Positions 12,804 to 25,576 of a stretch of DNA of 44,588 nucleotides are shown here, piece by piece. Both the position numbers and the translations under genes were made by a program. Source of the DNA: Phoronis australis (lineage: Eukaryota; Animalia; Phoronida); NCBI GenBank assembly GCA_002633005.1, contig NMRA01001087.1, positions 13,441 through 58,028 on the forward strand. The letters run 5' to 3'. Under the pieces are notes generated by a model. It searched no databases, was not told the origin of the DNA, and worked only from the letters and a program-made list of their open reading frames with translations. The number at the start of each line of letters is the position of its first letter. The stretch's first letter is position 1.

Positions 12804-14229
12804 AAGTATCAATCCACGGATCCACCGACCACTGTACAGTCAACAAGCGGCAAGGTGGGGGGTCAGCCATTCATAACCATGTTAAGTCTAATAAATCACA
12901 TTAGGGATGAGAGAAGTTGGGTGAAGTATGACACCACAAATTTGGTGGTTTAGGAGATACAAAGGAAGTCTTCTGGGGGGCAAAATGAGGCAATTTCTTG
13001 GTGTGGAATGAGACATTCTTGACCAAATTTACTACTCCAGTTTCTGCTTCAAACAGAATATTTTCTGAATAATTTTGATATCACGTGATAGGTTCATGAC
13101 CAATATAAGTAAAAACGGCACCGACACTGAAATATCGGTTACCATGGTAACACTGGAACTATCTCCGTGGAGGTACACTTCATGCTTGTGAAAAACCAGC
13201 AGTAAGTTGTACCCTTATTGCGAAGCTGCCCCACGAGAAAACTAAACGTAATAACATGGACATGTACAAGACTCCATGGCCTTGAAATTAATACAAAAAA
13301 AACTTTGTCAGCACTTCCGGCAGGCTTGGTAATAGGTGTCTGAATTTCACTGTTTTCAGACCGCGTATGTGTATTTGTCGTGTTAAACCAGTCACTAGTT
13401 GTGCGCCGTTTCTACGCAATAAAATGTCGTGGTATAAAACAACAATTAAAAGAATTGGTTTGCTTAAATGTTTTTAATTAATTTCAAAGACACGAGCACT
13501 TCCCCCTAAAATATGAAATTATACTAGATTTGTTCATCCAACACACTGAATACCAAAATAAAGCATATAATGCGTTAGTTGAATCATGGCTGATCTAAAG
13601 TGCGGGTTTGCGAATTTATCTATTTATCTTGCTTTGCCAGTCTTATTGAATATGTTATTTCTACAAATTGCGGAGAGAAACAACTTTGGAAACTCTTGGG
13701 AAATGCACAAGGAATAGAGCGAGACATTTGAGAACCTTAAAAGTGAGGGGAGCTGATGTGGAGGTGGAAAGTGTCTTACTGAGAAGTAGTCAGTCTCAGT
13801 GTCTGCCTCGGAGGCAGGTGTGCAGCTGGAGCTACATATTCTACCGTAGTAGATTCACCTGCCCGAATCTTCGTTACAACCCTCGACATATATTTGTGTC
13901 GGCAAAGACACTGAGTACATCCACTGCACACTAGAGGAGAACTCTGATAGAGATCTGAAAAATGACCAAAGACGTTAAGTCAAGGTTCAATGTCCTGCTT
14001 CATGAGAGCTCAAGCAAGAATTACCAAACTCCAGGGTCTGACCCTGAAGAATATTTTTAGGAGCACATCATTCATGCAGAAATACTTTTATTGACCAACC
14101 GTGATTGCTTCTAACTTGGGCGTTGTTGCTTAATTATATCTTATTGGGGACAAATAAAACAACAAGAATAATGTATATTTTAAGTTGTATTGGGAATTTC
14201 ACAGCTCTACAAATAAATATTTCACAGAA

Positions 14230-14490
14230 GGAACCAGATGGGTTCTTTAATTACAAGCGATAACGCACACATTTCCGATACCCAAAGTACAATTGAGTAT
14301 CGGGTGCTAAGTGGCACAGGTTAGCATAGTACCAAATGGGTACATAGTACCAAATGGGTATTGGCCGATTGCCTACCAACTGGGTCGAGCAAAACGGCAA
14401 ATTCAATAACAAGTACCAAGTGGGTACAAACTGCCAAATGGGCAAATATCATATAAAGTACCAAGTGGGTACACCAAACAGCCAACTGGG
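14230..14490. repeat. Dispersed TACCAA(A/G/C)TGGGTA motif array, probably transposon subterminal repeats
   Basis: About 8 imperfect copies: gtaccaaatgggtac, gtaccaagtgggtac, ccaactggg and similar. Confidence 0.6.
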
Positions 14491-15199
14491 CTATAACAAC
14501 CTGCAAAGCAGGGTTCCGGACAAGCTGAGCGAGCAGACCAGCCGGAGTGATAAAAAGAGATATTGTAAGGAACGTGGTGATTTTTGTTTTCATTTTTTAT
14601 TCAAAGTATTTTTTATCTTTTTGAACGGAAGGAACTATGCGAGTCAAAAGCGAAGATAAACATTCGTAGGCGTTAGGGGCCAGAGGCGAAGTACTTGAAA
14701 AGGCCTCAACAAACAAGATATTCAAAGTGCAAGGTACGGGTATTTCCGCACTTTTCTTCGCGAAGTCGAATAAAATATAGAAGTGGGAGCCGAAGTTTTT
14801 TATTTTTTTATTTTTTATTATTATTATTATTTAATTTTTTTCTTATTAACTTTTTTGTATTTTTTATTAATATTTTGAATCTGCTGATAAACCCACCTAT
14901 ATGGTTGTGCGCTATATCAGGACACTTCAGTGTGAGACACAGCGCTTTCGAGCTTTACCACACCAGGCTCCGCTGCGACATAGATTCCCTTCTAGGTCTC
15001 AACCATTGTAAATCCCATATGCTTTCATCAATATTACCTCCTGTCCTGTTGGAATAGTACCTAGTAGTCTAGTGTTATGTAATTCCAGTATCCACCATAC
15101 ACCCAAATTTATCAATACGTCTGGACCATAGGTCACACGAATGTCAAACCGCTGGCACTCAAACGCATTCTACATGAGTACCCAGACCCCAACTGTGCT

Positions 15200-15450
15200 G
15201 CACTCCTTGTTCAAGGCTTAAAATAGCTTTAGGTTACAATACACGGGCACGAAAAACCGCACCATAGCCAGAAACCTATATCAGTAACTCGGGCAAACTC
15301 ATAAAAGAATGGGAACTGGGCCGCATAGCAGGCCCTGTCCTACCCGCCCCATTGATAACCGTTGTATCTCGCCGCTGGGTCTCCCCCCTAAAGCGGACGG
15401 AGATTGCCGCAAGATATCCCACTTATACCCAGGGAAGTGGTTGTTTGGAA
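15200..15450 (+). mobile_element. DIRS/Ngaro-type retrotransposon RT N-terminal relic
   Basis: Frameshifted pieces FRLQYTG..ARNL, KLIKEWELGRIAGP and ISPLGLPPKADGDCRKISHLYP match the DIRS/Ngaro pattern KE..LGRIAGP...ISPLG.VPK..G.FR.I.HLS.P. Confidence 0.75.
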
Positions 15451-18400
15451 CCAGGGTCATGAACGGAGGCGCCCCTGCGTATTGGCGAGGGATTGGTTTG
15501 GCGGTTTGAGGGATACTGGAATCGAAAGAAATCGGCCGTTAGGAAAGCCATCTCTGGCTAAAAGTAATAAATACGGAAAGTAACTTGTGTCCAGGACAAT
15601 TAACTACAAACGGGAAGGAGTCTACTAGGTATAAAATTGGCTAATTAGGGAAACTTACGAGTAAACGTACTGTTCCTTGTGGCTGGGCCAACAGGAAGTT
15701 GGAGAGAAAGAACAAACAGCGCTACCATCGGACTTGGTAGAAACTAACTAGGAGTTGGATATGAAGCATGAAGGGCTGTATAATGTTATTTGTCCAAATA
15801 ATAGGATTTATGTCAGAGTGCCATAAATCTCATTATTTCAAATGTGTTAATCTATATGCAGTGCATGTATACATTGGCATAGAAAATAGGTAGTCTTCTT
15901 AACTTTTCATAATAACCGCCAAATGTGTTACATGACCTCTGCCCATGACCTACCTTTAGAGACTAGGGAGTATGTTATGTCTGCTAATGAATTTCTGCGA
16001 CTGAATATGAAGTTAATTCAACATGCTAAAGACGTCAAAAATGGTGTGTATTTCTCAAAAAAAATTCATTGGTCAACTGTTTTATGTTTCAGTGTCATGA
16101 ACAGAAATATAATGCACAACTCATTTATTTCACAATGAATGCTGACGCATAGGTAGTGCGGATAATTTAAATCGTTCTCAATATTTTCTACATGTTATGT
16201 CCCATACTTCTGTTATATACCTTTGTCCTACTGTCACGTGCATAGAAATTTATTTGTGAAACCTTCAATTTAGCTTGGAATTCATATTTTATGAACCGAA
16301 ATGGCCACATTAAATTTAATATGTTTAATTGTTTCATTAATACAATTTTAGGAATTAGGAAAGGCTTATGCTGAAGAAGTGGCTTCTGCTGAAGTTGGAG
16401 ACCTGCATATTATTAGTAAAGTACCCTTCTTGACAACTAAGTGAGGGGGGCTGGAGAGAGGCCAAAAAGTCTACTCCCAGAAAATGTGTCAACGAGAATT
16501 TGTAACTTGAGGTACGAGTTGAGGAAAAAAATATTTGCCAAAGATTACTGGCTTATACCCCAACAGGTCCAAAGCACAATTTGTTGAGAAAGGCCACTCT
16601 CAGCAAATGTGGGGAAACTGGGACAGTTAGATGTAGCAGATATGACAGAGGAAGTAGAGTATGCATTGGAAAGGGACAATCTGCGCTCTAAGATTGTCAA
16701 GGATATAGCATTGTAAAAATTCAAAGGGAGGAAACAGTACAGTGGCCTGGTCTGCTAGATCGAATGGTGGCATTATTATTGTGTACATGTATAGGGACAC
16801 TGTGGAGGACATAATCGACTTTTTACAAAATGGAGCCATGTATGGTATCTAGGAGTACTATTGCCCTAGGTGGTAAGTAGTAAAACATTCAAAACATTCA
16901 GGAGGAACAAAATCGTTGCAAAATATCGAAAAACATGAAGGACAATCTGATTTTACGTGCTCACGCATCGATCTCAACTTTTTGAAAATTTCTCATTTTA
17001 GTACAATTGAGGTGCCAAAATGTGCAACTAATAAACTGGCTGACAAAGTTTTTATTTTATGCGATGAAAGTCACGTGTTTTGTCAACGTTTCATTTTCAT
17101 AGCAGTGGGGGCAGATTTGGTATTGAACATAACCTCAAAATGGCATAACGGGGGGCAGTGTAGTAAAACTACAAAATGAGGGTGGTAAATCGGAATCTTT
17201 TTTCAAGACATCTGTGTAACAATCTATAGGCACCACTTAACAATGTCAAGTGAATAATAGTTCAATAGCTTTCATTCAAGGAAAAACATAAACAGTTAAA
17301 ACTGGACAGTTTTTATAGCGTCAAAACATGGCTGTGAAGCCGTAAAATGTGTTTGAGCCTATAACTTTAATAAAAACGTAATATTTTGAGGAAATATTTT
17401 ACCACTGTTTATAGATCCTATAGAACTACCTATGTACCAAATTTGGTGAAAATCGGTTGACCCCCACCTTGCCGCTGGATGGCTGGTACTCTCGTGGACT
17501 AGTACTTAACAACAAAAAGTGGCGTAAGAAAATGATCTGAAATGGCAGATTGCGACTGTGCGTTGTCACGAAAATAGTTCCACAAATGGCCCTGTTCTAC
17601 TAATCTTAGGAGTGAGGACTTAAGGTGCCGTACACAAAAATTTCACATTTTTACATTTTGCTTTCTTGCGTATATTCGTTTTCAATGAAGCAAATGTCGA
17701 CATCAGCCTCGGCTGTGGCGTCGCTATGTTGTGATGTCCTTTCCTAAAGCGTAAAGGTTCCTGACGTACAGAAACATGCATTTTTAACTAATAAATTTTT
17801 ATTTTTCAAAGTAAAAAAAGAAAAATACTGTGCACAACTTAAGAAGATGTGAATGCCAGAAACCAACCTATATACTTTCAAAATTCATATTAAAATGCTG
17901 AAACATGTAGTTCAGACCTGTTTTAACGTTGGTGTTGGCCTGGTACAAGAAAAGCAAAGGCAAGGTCATATGTCTAAACCGCGTGACCGGTCACCTGACA
18001 TGCCACGTGACAAGATTGTCGGAGACTTCTTAAGCAAGCGTCGTCCAGGAAGTACGTCATGTAAGTACATCTGGAAATGCTTTTACACTGAGGTATTTAA
18101 ATATTCCGAACCTGCCTCAACCATACAACTACAACAATAATATAGACCTACTGCAGGTAACTTTTCTTAGTTAACAGTTTGTTTCTTCAAATTGTATTTA
18201 CTAAAGAAATTTCATTTTCATATTGCAGTAAAGCCTGGTGAAGTAAAGCTCGAAGGCGCTGCGTTTTACAAAGCGAAGTGTTTGGTAGCGCACAAAGATA
18301 TCAGTGGGATTGATCAGCATACGATCTCCATACGAACTAGCCCCATTGTGTAATCTGTGTACACTGTCAATTGACTGGTTATCAACTTTATTACTTCAGC

Positions 18401-19691
18401 CTAGTTGTTTTCAGTCCCAAAAACACAATTGTCAACTCTTTTCGGAGGTCAAGTTTGATATTTAATTCGAATCTGGGTCGACAAATACTGCAAAACCATA
18501 CATCACACTTTCGAATTTGTTGTTTGTTGAAGCGTTTTCAAAGTACTTCGGCTCTGGCCCTAGCGTGTATGAATTTTCATTTACGTTTTTGACTCGTTCA
18601 GTTCATCCTGTTTGAAAAGTTTTCAACAATAGCAAAACTTGTGTTTAAAAGATTTTTGAACAGGTTCTTGTCCATTAGTATCGCATAATGTAGCACATTT
18701 CGTTGCGTTGGAATAATTTTTTAAACAAGTCCATTTGCGCATTAATTACGGTATGGTAGTGACTCGACGAAAGTTTGTTTACGTCATGCAACGTGGTCAG
18801 GCATTTCCTAACATGATGATTTTCGAATAGACGGCTACTTTGGCGGTGTTTAATGCAGCGAGAAAGTGGACGCCGTGATCGATCTGCCGTCAGATGAGCA
18901 GACGTTGTTGACCGGAAGGGAATGAGCTTTGCTATCTGCCGACTGTAGTTTAATCAATCTTTATCATAAGGAACAACAAAACACCTAGCTTGGAGTTTGA
19001 TAGGTTGTCGAAAGTGGTTCTAAGAATGGAGATGAAAATATATCAGAGGCCAAGCTATTCCCGGTAACCACCACAGGACCACAGGTCGTATTGCTTGTAA
19101 GGAGATACCAGCGTATTTGTAATTGGGTTTGTATTCGAATAATTTTGCCGAGAATTTGCTGATTGTATGGATCCGTACCACAAGTCTCGCTTGATAAACA
19201 GTAATAAAAATAAAGATGAAGTAATGAAATTAGGCTTGATTTGATAACTGCAACTATCGGCAGGCAGCCGGAAATTGCCATTGCAAACTTTTGCGGCCAG
19301 TCTCGCGGTCGCAAGCTCTATTACAGCACATTAGTCACGTGCGGGAGTTGGCATTCTAGGCTAGAGTTCTATGTTTAGAGGTTTTGTAATAAAGCGGTTG
19401 TTGCAGCATCACAAGGGAATCTACAGTAATCGAGCATGTGCTACTGTTAAGTTTGACAATGATGCTTTGAGTGATGCAGCCACGCAAAATGACGTGGCTT
19501 TGCATTATTTTATTAATTTGCCAAGTTTAGTTTCTCCATAAGTCATAACTCAGTCGTGCAAAGTGACTTGCACTCCTATCTCTCGCAAACTACTGTAACA
19601 GTTGCCACATCACTCAGAGAATCTTCTACAAGCAACAATTTGCTTGATTTCGGATTAAGGAAGACAGAGGTGTCAGCGGCTAATTACATTG

Positions 19692-19701
19692 TTTATTTAT
19701 T
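19692..19701 (-). terminator. Candidate polyadenylation signal (overlapping AATAAA x2) of the CUB-MAM-MAM gene
   Basis: Plus-strand tttatttatt reads AATAAATAAA on minus, about 105 nt downstream of the stop codon. Confidence 0.6.
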
Positions 19702-19804
19702 AGCTCAAAGTTACATGTAGGTTCACAATGAGATTAATTAGGACGTGAAATATCCGTGTGTTGTTGGACCTTGACCTACGTGAATTCTTTTTTATGCTGC
19801 ACTA

Positions 19805-19894
19805 TCAAGGGCAGGATGACGCAGCGTGGATCTTAATAACGTCAAGCGCAATGTCAGATCTCGCGCCCGACCCTCTTACAGCTTCGAACGCCAC
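19805..19894 (-). CDS. Exon I (terminal coding exon): end of MAM2 and stop
   Basis: ttttcattgcag|GTG, phase 0. VAFEAVRGSGARSDIALDVIKIHAASSCP, then TGA TAG. Matches the MAM end FE..RG....DIA.D.....C. No transmembrane segment. Confidence 0.92.
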   Translation of the reverse strand: MAFEAVRGSGARSDIALDVIKIHAASSCP

Positions 19895-20669
19895 CTGCAA
19901 TGAAAAGGCTTTTTGGAGAAGAGCGCAAAGTTAATACAACGTTATCCACTGTACTAGAAATCCGCTTTCTGCCGAGCTTAACTGTCCCATTACGCAACCT
20001 ATTTTCACAGATTGGAGTGAGCAAGTCGCTGCTCATTGGCTTGGGCGAATGTGTGTCGGACGAAATAATTGCAGAAATAACTGACGGGCCGAACTAATAT
20101 CAAAGTCAATAAAAAAGTAACAACAAGGAAGGCAAACGAACAAAAGTGACACTTTTTAAAATTGAAAAGTTAAAATTAGCCGTCTTCGTATTCATCAACA
20201 TGCAGCGCTCCACACTGGCAAAAACGCCCACTCGAAAATACTAGTGACGGTATATGTGCATCTCTTATTTTTCCGGATTTGGAATCGAAGAAAGTGACTA
20301 CCAAATAATAAACGACGGGCGTCAACTCAGTGCCCTAACGAGTAAGGTCAATATTCCCCATCTATTCTTAATGTTTTCAACATTTCATTCGCAATTCCAT
20401 AGTCAGAACGCTGGCTCCGCGCCGTTGGAATAATACGGGTACTTTCTAGCGTTTGCTGCCTAATGTCGAACCCTGACAAGTTACTGGACCTGTTTGCACG
20501 TAGTCCAGCTGTGGTGTCTGCTACTGTGCACCTCATCGTACTCACTGTGTACAAAACATGACGTCACTCACTTATGCACTTTCCCAATTGAGTTTTTAAG
20601 AGAAAATGAGGAAGTTGTGTTACTATTGATACTCATCTGACTGGTACTGAAACACTTCTGCATTCTTAC

Positions 20670-20854
20670 TCGAATGATGTCCGTTCGGTCCACGTATACA
20701 CTGGCTGTTTTCCAGTAGTTCCCTTGCTCTCCTTCTTTCGACCAAATGGGATCTTCCATGATTTCTTTTGAGTTTACGAGGCGAACTCTTAAGGACCCCA
20801 TGTGGCAACCGAACATGTGGTAGGCCCAGGAAAGGCAGAATGGTTTTTTTGTTG
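20670..20854 (-). CDS. Exon H: MAM domain 2, third part
   Basis: ccgtcacag|CA...CGA|gtaaga. 185 nt, phase 1 to 0. (A)TKKPFCLSWAYHMFGCHMGSLRVRLVNSKEIMEDPIWSKEGEQGNYWKTASVYVDRTDIIR. Confidence 0.93.
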
Positions 20855-22435
20855 CTGTGACGGTAATGAATATAATAATTATTATAGAAACAATAGCCAA
20901 AATAGAAATATGCGTCCAACCTGTGGGCCTATATAGCGCCTATAAGACAAGCGCTTTAAAAACTGTTTACATTTTATTTGATTATTTCTGAGTTCCACCC
21001 CTTTAAGAGGTGATCATGCAACAGGGCCGTAGGGCCGTAGGAACCGGGGGGCCGTAGGGTGCACATGCCCCCAAAAATTTGCAAATTTTTATCGTGAAAT
21101 AGGCGAGGAACCGTGAGACAGTCGAGAAATGAAAGACTTCGAATACGGATAAGAGAGAAAGTTCAAAAGAACAATTCAAGTAACAACTTTAACAGCCCTA
21201 GCCAGGGCATTGTTGTTAGGGTCACCGTTTTTGCAGCATACATTTAGGACGTCTAAACATACTTGAAAACGTGCACTTTACTATTCACACATGTATTTCG
21301 AAATATTGAATAATGTGAAGCTTTTGTGGAGTATGTTACTTCACTTGATTTTTAAATTCTATGAGACAGTTTTGCAAAACCATATTTTTCCAGAGGCCCT
21401 GCTCTAGCATGGGATGATGAAGTCAATTTTCGTCCTATTTTTTCTATATTATTCTCTGAATTGTATATCATATGAGAAAAAATTATGGCCTGACAGATAA
21501 CATCAATTGCTGTGCATTTCCTGATTTTTGAAAAAAAATATATTCAGGGCCCCAGTCCTTGACGAGGGTCATTGATGACATTCAAGTGGCCACCCATTCC
21601 GTGTTTTTATTGACAAATTCTCATTGGGCCGCTCAAGGAGAGTGGTCCCAATGTCGAAATCGATTAGCTCTATTTTCCTGTTTTTGTGAAATCGAACAAC
21701 CGACTGTTGAGGAAGGTCACTTCTTGCAGGGTCACACAACGATGGAATGAATAGTCACCTTTTCAAGCTTCCATCTTAGGTGTCCCCTTTCACATGGCAC
21801 CCCTTTTCGGTGGGGCGGCTGAAACTAATTGTAACCTTTGTCCCTATATACTGTACATGTTAATCCGACACTGCCAAGTTTTCACAAGGGGACCTTGAGA
21901 TTCCAATTCACAAGAACGCAAAAAACAATACGTGCACAGCACAGCAGTATAAAGATATTTGACCCAAATAACCGAAAGTGGAAAACACAATAGGATTGAC
22001 CGAGATCAAAAAGGTGGAATTTTTAACCCCTGATAACCTCTGTGTTCTAATTACACAAAAAGACCATTTCCTATGGTTTGTTCTAAAATAATGTTTCTTT
22101 TTCCCTATATTATCACACGAATAAAATTTCTTTTGGAGATATCTGCTAGGAGTTGTTTGTAAGGTATACGCAAATATCGAAAATACAGTGGCTACGAGTT
22201 GTGATATCCCTGTGCATGTCGAACAGGGGTACGCAAAGTAAACGCAATAATAAATAAATATTTCCGGGTTATTTTAGTTAAAGTTGAATTCATGCACCGT
22301 TATAGGTACCTCTGAAATGAGCAAAAATACACCACAATAAGAATGCCCCCGTCTCCCATGTTCCCCGGGTTGCCCGTCAAATATCTGCGACAATACCTGT
22401 GGAAATTGTCTATAACATACTGTTTCGATTAAGAA

Positions 22436-23180
22436 ATTCGTTGGTTTCTGATATACATGCTTCTGTATCTACGCAAATCGACATATTAAGAGATGATTTT
22501 GGCAATTGGAAGTTAATCTTTTAATAAATCATGGTGTTTCAGTGAATTTAGTTGCGTCCTAAATTTGGAAAAACTCTAAAATCCGATCCCCATGTAGTAA
22601 AGTGCACTCGGAAGATTTTTGCTTATCTAAAACTACTCTCAAAACACTGATGAAATTTAGGCAGATTCCAAAAATATACTCACAATTCAAATGACAATAA
22701 ATACATTCTTTTTGACTTACGTAGAATTTTTGTCGTTTGAAGTCACAAACAATCGATCAAAAAGGAATTAAGTCATTAAATCAAGGTGAAGGCATTGCTC
22801 ATGGAATCGATTGTTTGTTTCTGATTTACATGTTTATGAATCTACGAAAATGAACTGATTGATAGATGATTTTTTGAAAAATAAAAGGTAATCTTGAAAG
22901 AAATGGCAATGCTTCAAAGAATTTAGTTGCAAGCTGACATTGGGAAAATTCGATCTATCATCAGATCCCAAAATACTAAAGGACTTTTGTTCTTCTGAAA
23001 TAAGGTTCAAGGATACTGATGAATGTAGGACAGCTCTACAAATTGTACCAAAGTGATCTCACAAATCAAATGACAATAAACTGTTTATTGACTTAGCATC
23101 TAGATTAGTGAGTTTAATTTCACAAACCATAGATCGAAAAAGAAATTGAAGTACTTAAATAAATGAAATTAAACTCATTG
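22436..23180. repeat. Diverged tandem duplication, 2 x ~370 bp
   Basis: Shared collinear blocks gtttctgat.tacatg, atctacg, gatgatttt, gaatttagttgc, actgatgaa, ctcacaa.tcaaatgacaataaa and gatc.aaaa at ~22436-22800 and ~22808-23180. Confidence 0.8.
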
Positions 23181-24786
23181 CTCATCGACTTGGAAGGTTG
23201 TCTTTGTTTTCCTTTGATGTTTGTTGCTTCCAGTAGAAAAACGCAGTGAATTTTTGGTCTTCAAAACTGAGTCGTTTGCTTGCCAGTCGACGTGTGGTTA
23301 CTACACAGACACAGCAAATCATGAGTGACTGAAGTAAACATGCAGTGTGCCCGTGCAGAATCTTAGAGATCCACGAGAACTGAATTTGAAGTATATGCGT
23401 TGAAGTGTGAACATTTTTGGGACACACTCTGTATCAATATCCCCAGCCACCAGTCCCTGTTTTAAGAAAGGGGTTCTGAAATGGCCCCAAAGGCACTATA
23501 GCAGAGACCTTGGGAACTCACCATTCCAAACAATTCCTTAAAAGAGTGGACATGCGTGTAATAAAATGAATTATTCTCGAAACTGGATCATGATAAAACG
23601 AGCCTCGATCATAGAGTCAGCGCAGAAGGATAGGTACGACCTAATCTGCCTGTCTCGAGTGAATAATAGCTGAGCTGACCTGCGACTAGCTCTAGTTCAT
23701 TGAATTTCATATTTCCATACTTTTAGATCTCAGTTGCAGTTAACTGAGGCAGCTCCCTTCAGTGGGCTGGCTCAAGACCCATTCTTAGTGTCCATGATTG
23801 CCCTCCCATGTACGTGGCGGACGTGGAGGGGTTTTGGTACAAATATAGCGGCATCTGGAGCACGGGGGACGTGGTGGTGATAGGAAGGGGGGTAGGGTAG
23901 CGAAGTCGAATTGATATGTGCCCCCTGCCCCTCCAATAATTTTTGCCTTCCCACTGGCATGTGCAAGTACCTTGAATCATGCGGCATGTTCCATAGCAGG
24001 GGTGTACTCGAGAGCAAACTGGCAACGGGTCAACGTCGCCTTACAGATGCTAGAAGAAGTCTGTTTCTCGTTACTATTCTCTGTTATATTTGCGGTGGCG
24101 ACGATTTCATGATGAGTTTCATTTTACATAAATAAAAATACTGTCAGATTACAAAGTACCAGGAGTAACCATGCGATAAAGGGATAGCGTGTTACAAGAC
24201 TTACTTAAAAGTAGGTGAACTGAGTTTACAGGTCCTGTGACATGTTCATAATTGAATACCGATGTTGACGAGTGCGTTAGTTGCATTGTTCGGATATGAA
24301 TATTCTAAAGCACTTTATTCACGGAATGATCTGTAGAATGACGAATACCTGGATTTCTTCTACTGATCGTTAATTTCGTTTTGATAAAGAAAACCACTTT
24401 GAGTGACATTAGCCCTGGCTTGTTGTGTTTCCGCTTACACGGAACTGACCCCACGAGTAAATATTAAAAATGGGTGTCTTATTCACTGATGTTTAAAAAT
24501 CCTTCGAAATTTTTTTTTCGAATTCACAGGCTTGCGGCTTCAACGTGGTAACAATATCTTTTTATTAGTCAGAGCAATCTTATTTAAGGTGTAGATCTCA
24601 TAACCTGCCATGCTATCAATCGTAATTGATGCCTCGGCAGATTACCCGTGGGTTCTTCAAGTATAATTCTAATGAGGACAGTTAATACAGAAGGAAATAT
24701 TACATTTACAATTATTTTTAAGCTGGCACTCAATGCAAATGCGCTCTTGTCGGTATAAATTGTAGTTACCTAGCTTCAGTACTCAC

Positions 24787-24922
24787 CCCCTGAATATTTA
24801 GATAACAACAGACGTGCCACGTCGCCTGGGTCTTGCCAGCTTGCCTCTGCGTAGATGTAAGAATGGAAGGGGGGCCCTTCGTAAGCGTAAGTAGGTCCCG
24901 TGTATGGAGTTGGTGTGGGAGA
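24787..24922 (-). CDS. Exon G: MAM domain 2, second part
   Basis: gtgtttaaag|TCT...GGGG|gtgagt. 136 nt, phase 0 to 1. SPTPTPYTGPTYAYEGPPFHSYIYAEASWQDPGDVARLLLSKYSG (TGP, YIYAEAS, GD.ARL). The acceptor is AAG. Confidence 0.9.
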
Positions 24923-25576
24923 CTTTAAACACAAATGCATGCACACGAGATTAATTTCAGTGTTAGTAAAATGCATTCCTAGATCATTCTTATCTACATG
25001 TAGGAGTCAAGGAGTCGAGACTGAAAAACAGTGGTTCGTCAACAGCACGAGAGCTTGCAGTACTTAACTTCATTCTTATTCTCAAAAGGTGTATATGCAA
25101 GACCAAACTTCTTCAGTTAATAATGGGAAACTCACAAGTAAAAGATTCAAACATTGAAACAACGAAAGGAAAAGTTTGCCAAACAATCTCGTCGAAGCTC
25201 ATAAGAACACGTGTACGACCTGGTAATTTGAACAATAGTTATACTGTACATATCTCCAGCGTCCATTGAGCTTGATTCACTTTTCAGCTTTATACGGAGA
25301 CCCGCAGATTATGGTCGAAATGTTTTAACACCGGCAACTAATTTAGCTACTGCTAGCTCACTATTAGTTTCGTCTGATTATGACCGCAATATGCTTCGAA
25401 ATTTTATTAAAGACCTAGTATGTATTATTTTTTGAAACTTGCTACGTAGAATGGAGGTTTAAACAATCTGATGCTCTCCAAAACTTGAGGAGCATTTGCT
25501 TCCGTGATGTTGAATACCGTCACTGCTGCCACACAAAAATGCGAGAACAGAAACCTGATAAAAGTTAAATGATTAC

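Larger units (their letters stand above)
12804..17505. mobile_element. 4.7-kb Kolobok-like DNA transposon with TTAA target duplication
   Basis: ttaa|aagtatcaatccac...gcggcaaggtggggg at left and cccccaccttgccgc...gtggactagtac|ttaa at right. The joined flanks match an uninterrupted paralog at ~40945-41000. No intact transposase seen. Confidence 0.65.

Noticed and set aside
14354-14659. 101-aa ORF with KYQVG repeats
   Set aside because: The peptide repeats come from the TACCAAGTGGGTA DNA motif array inside a transposon.
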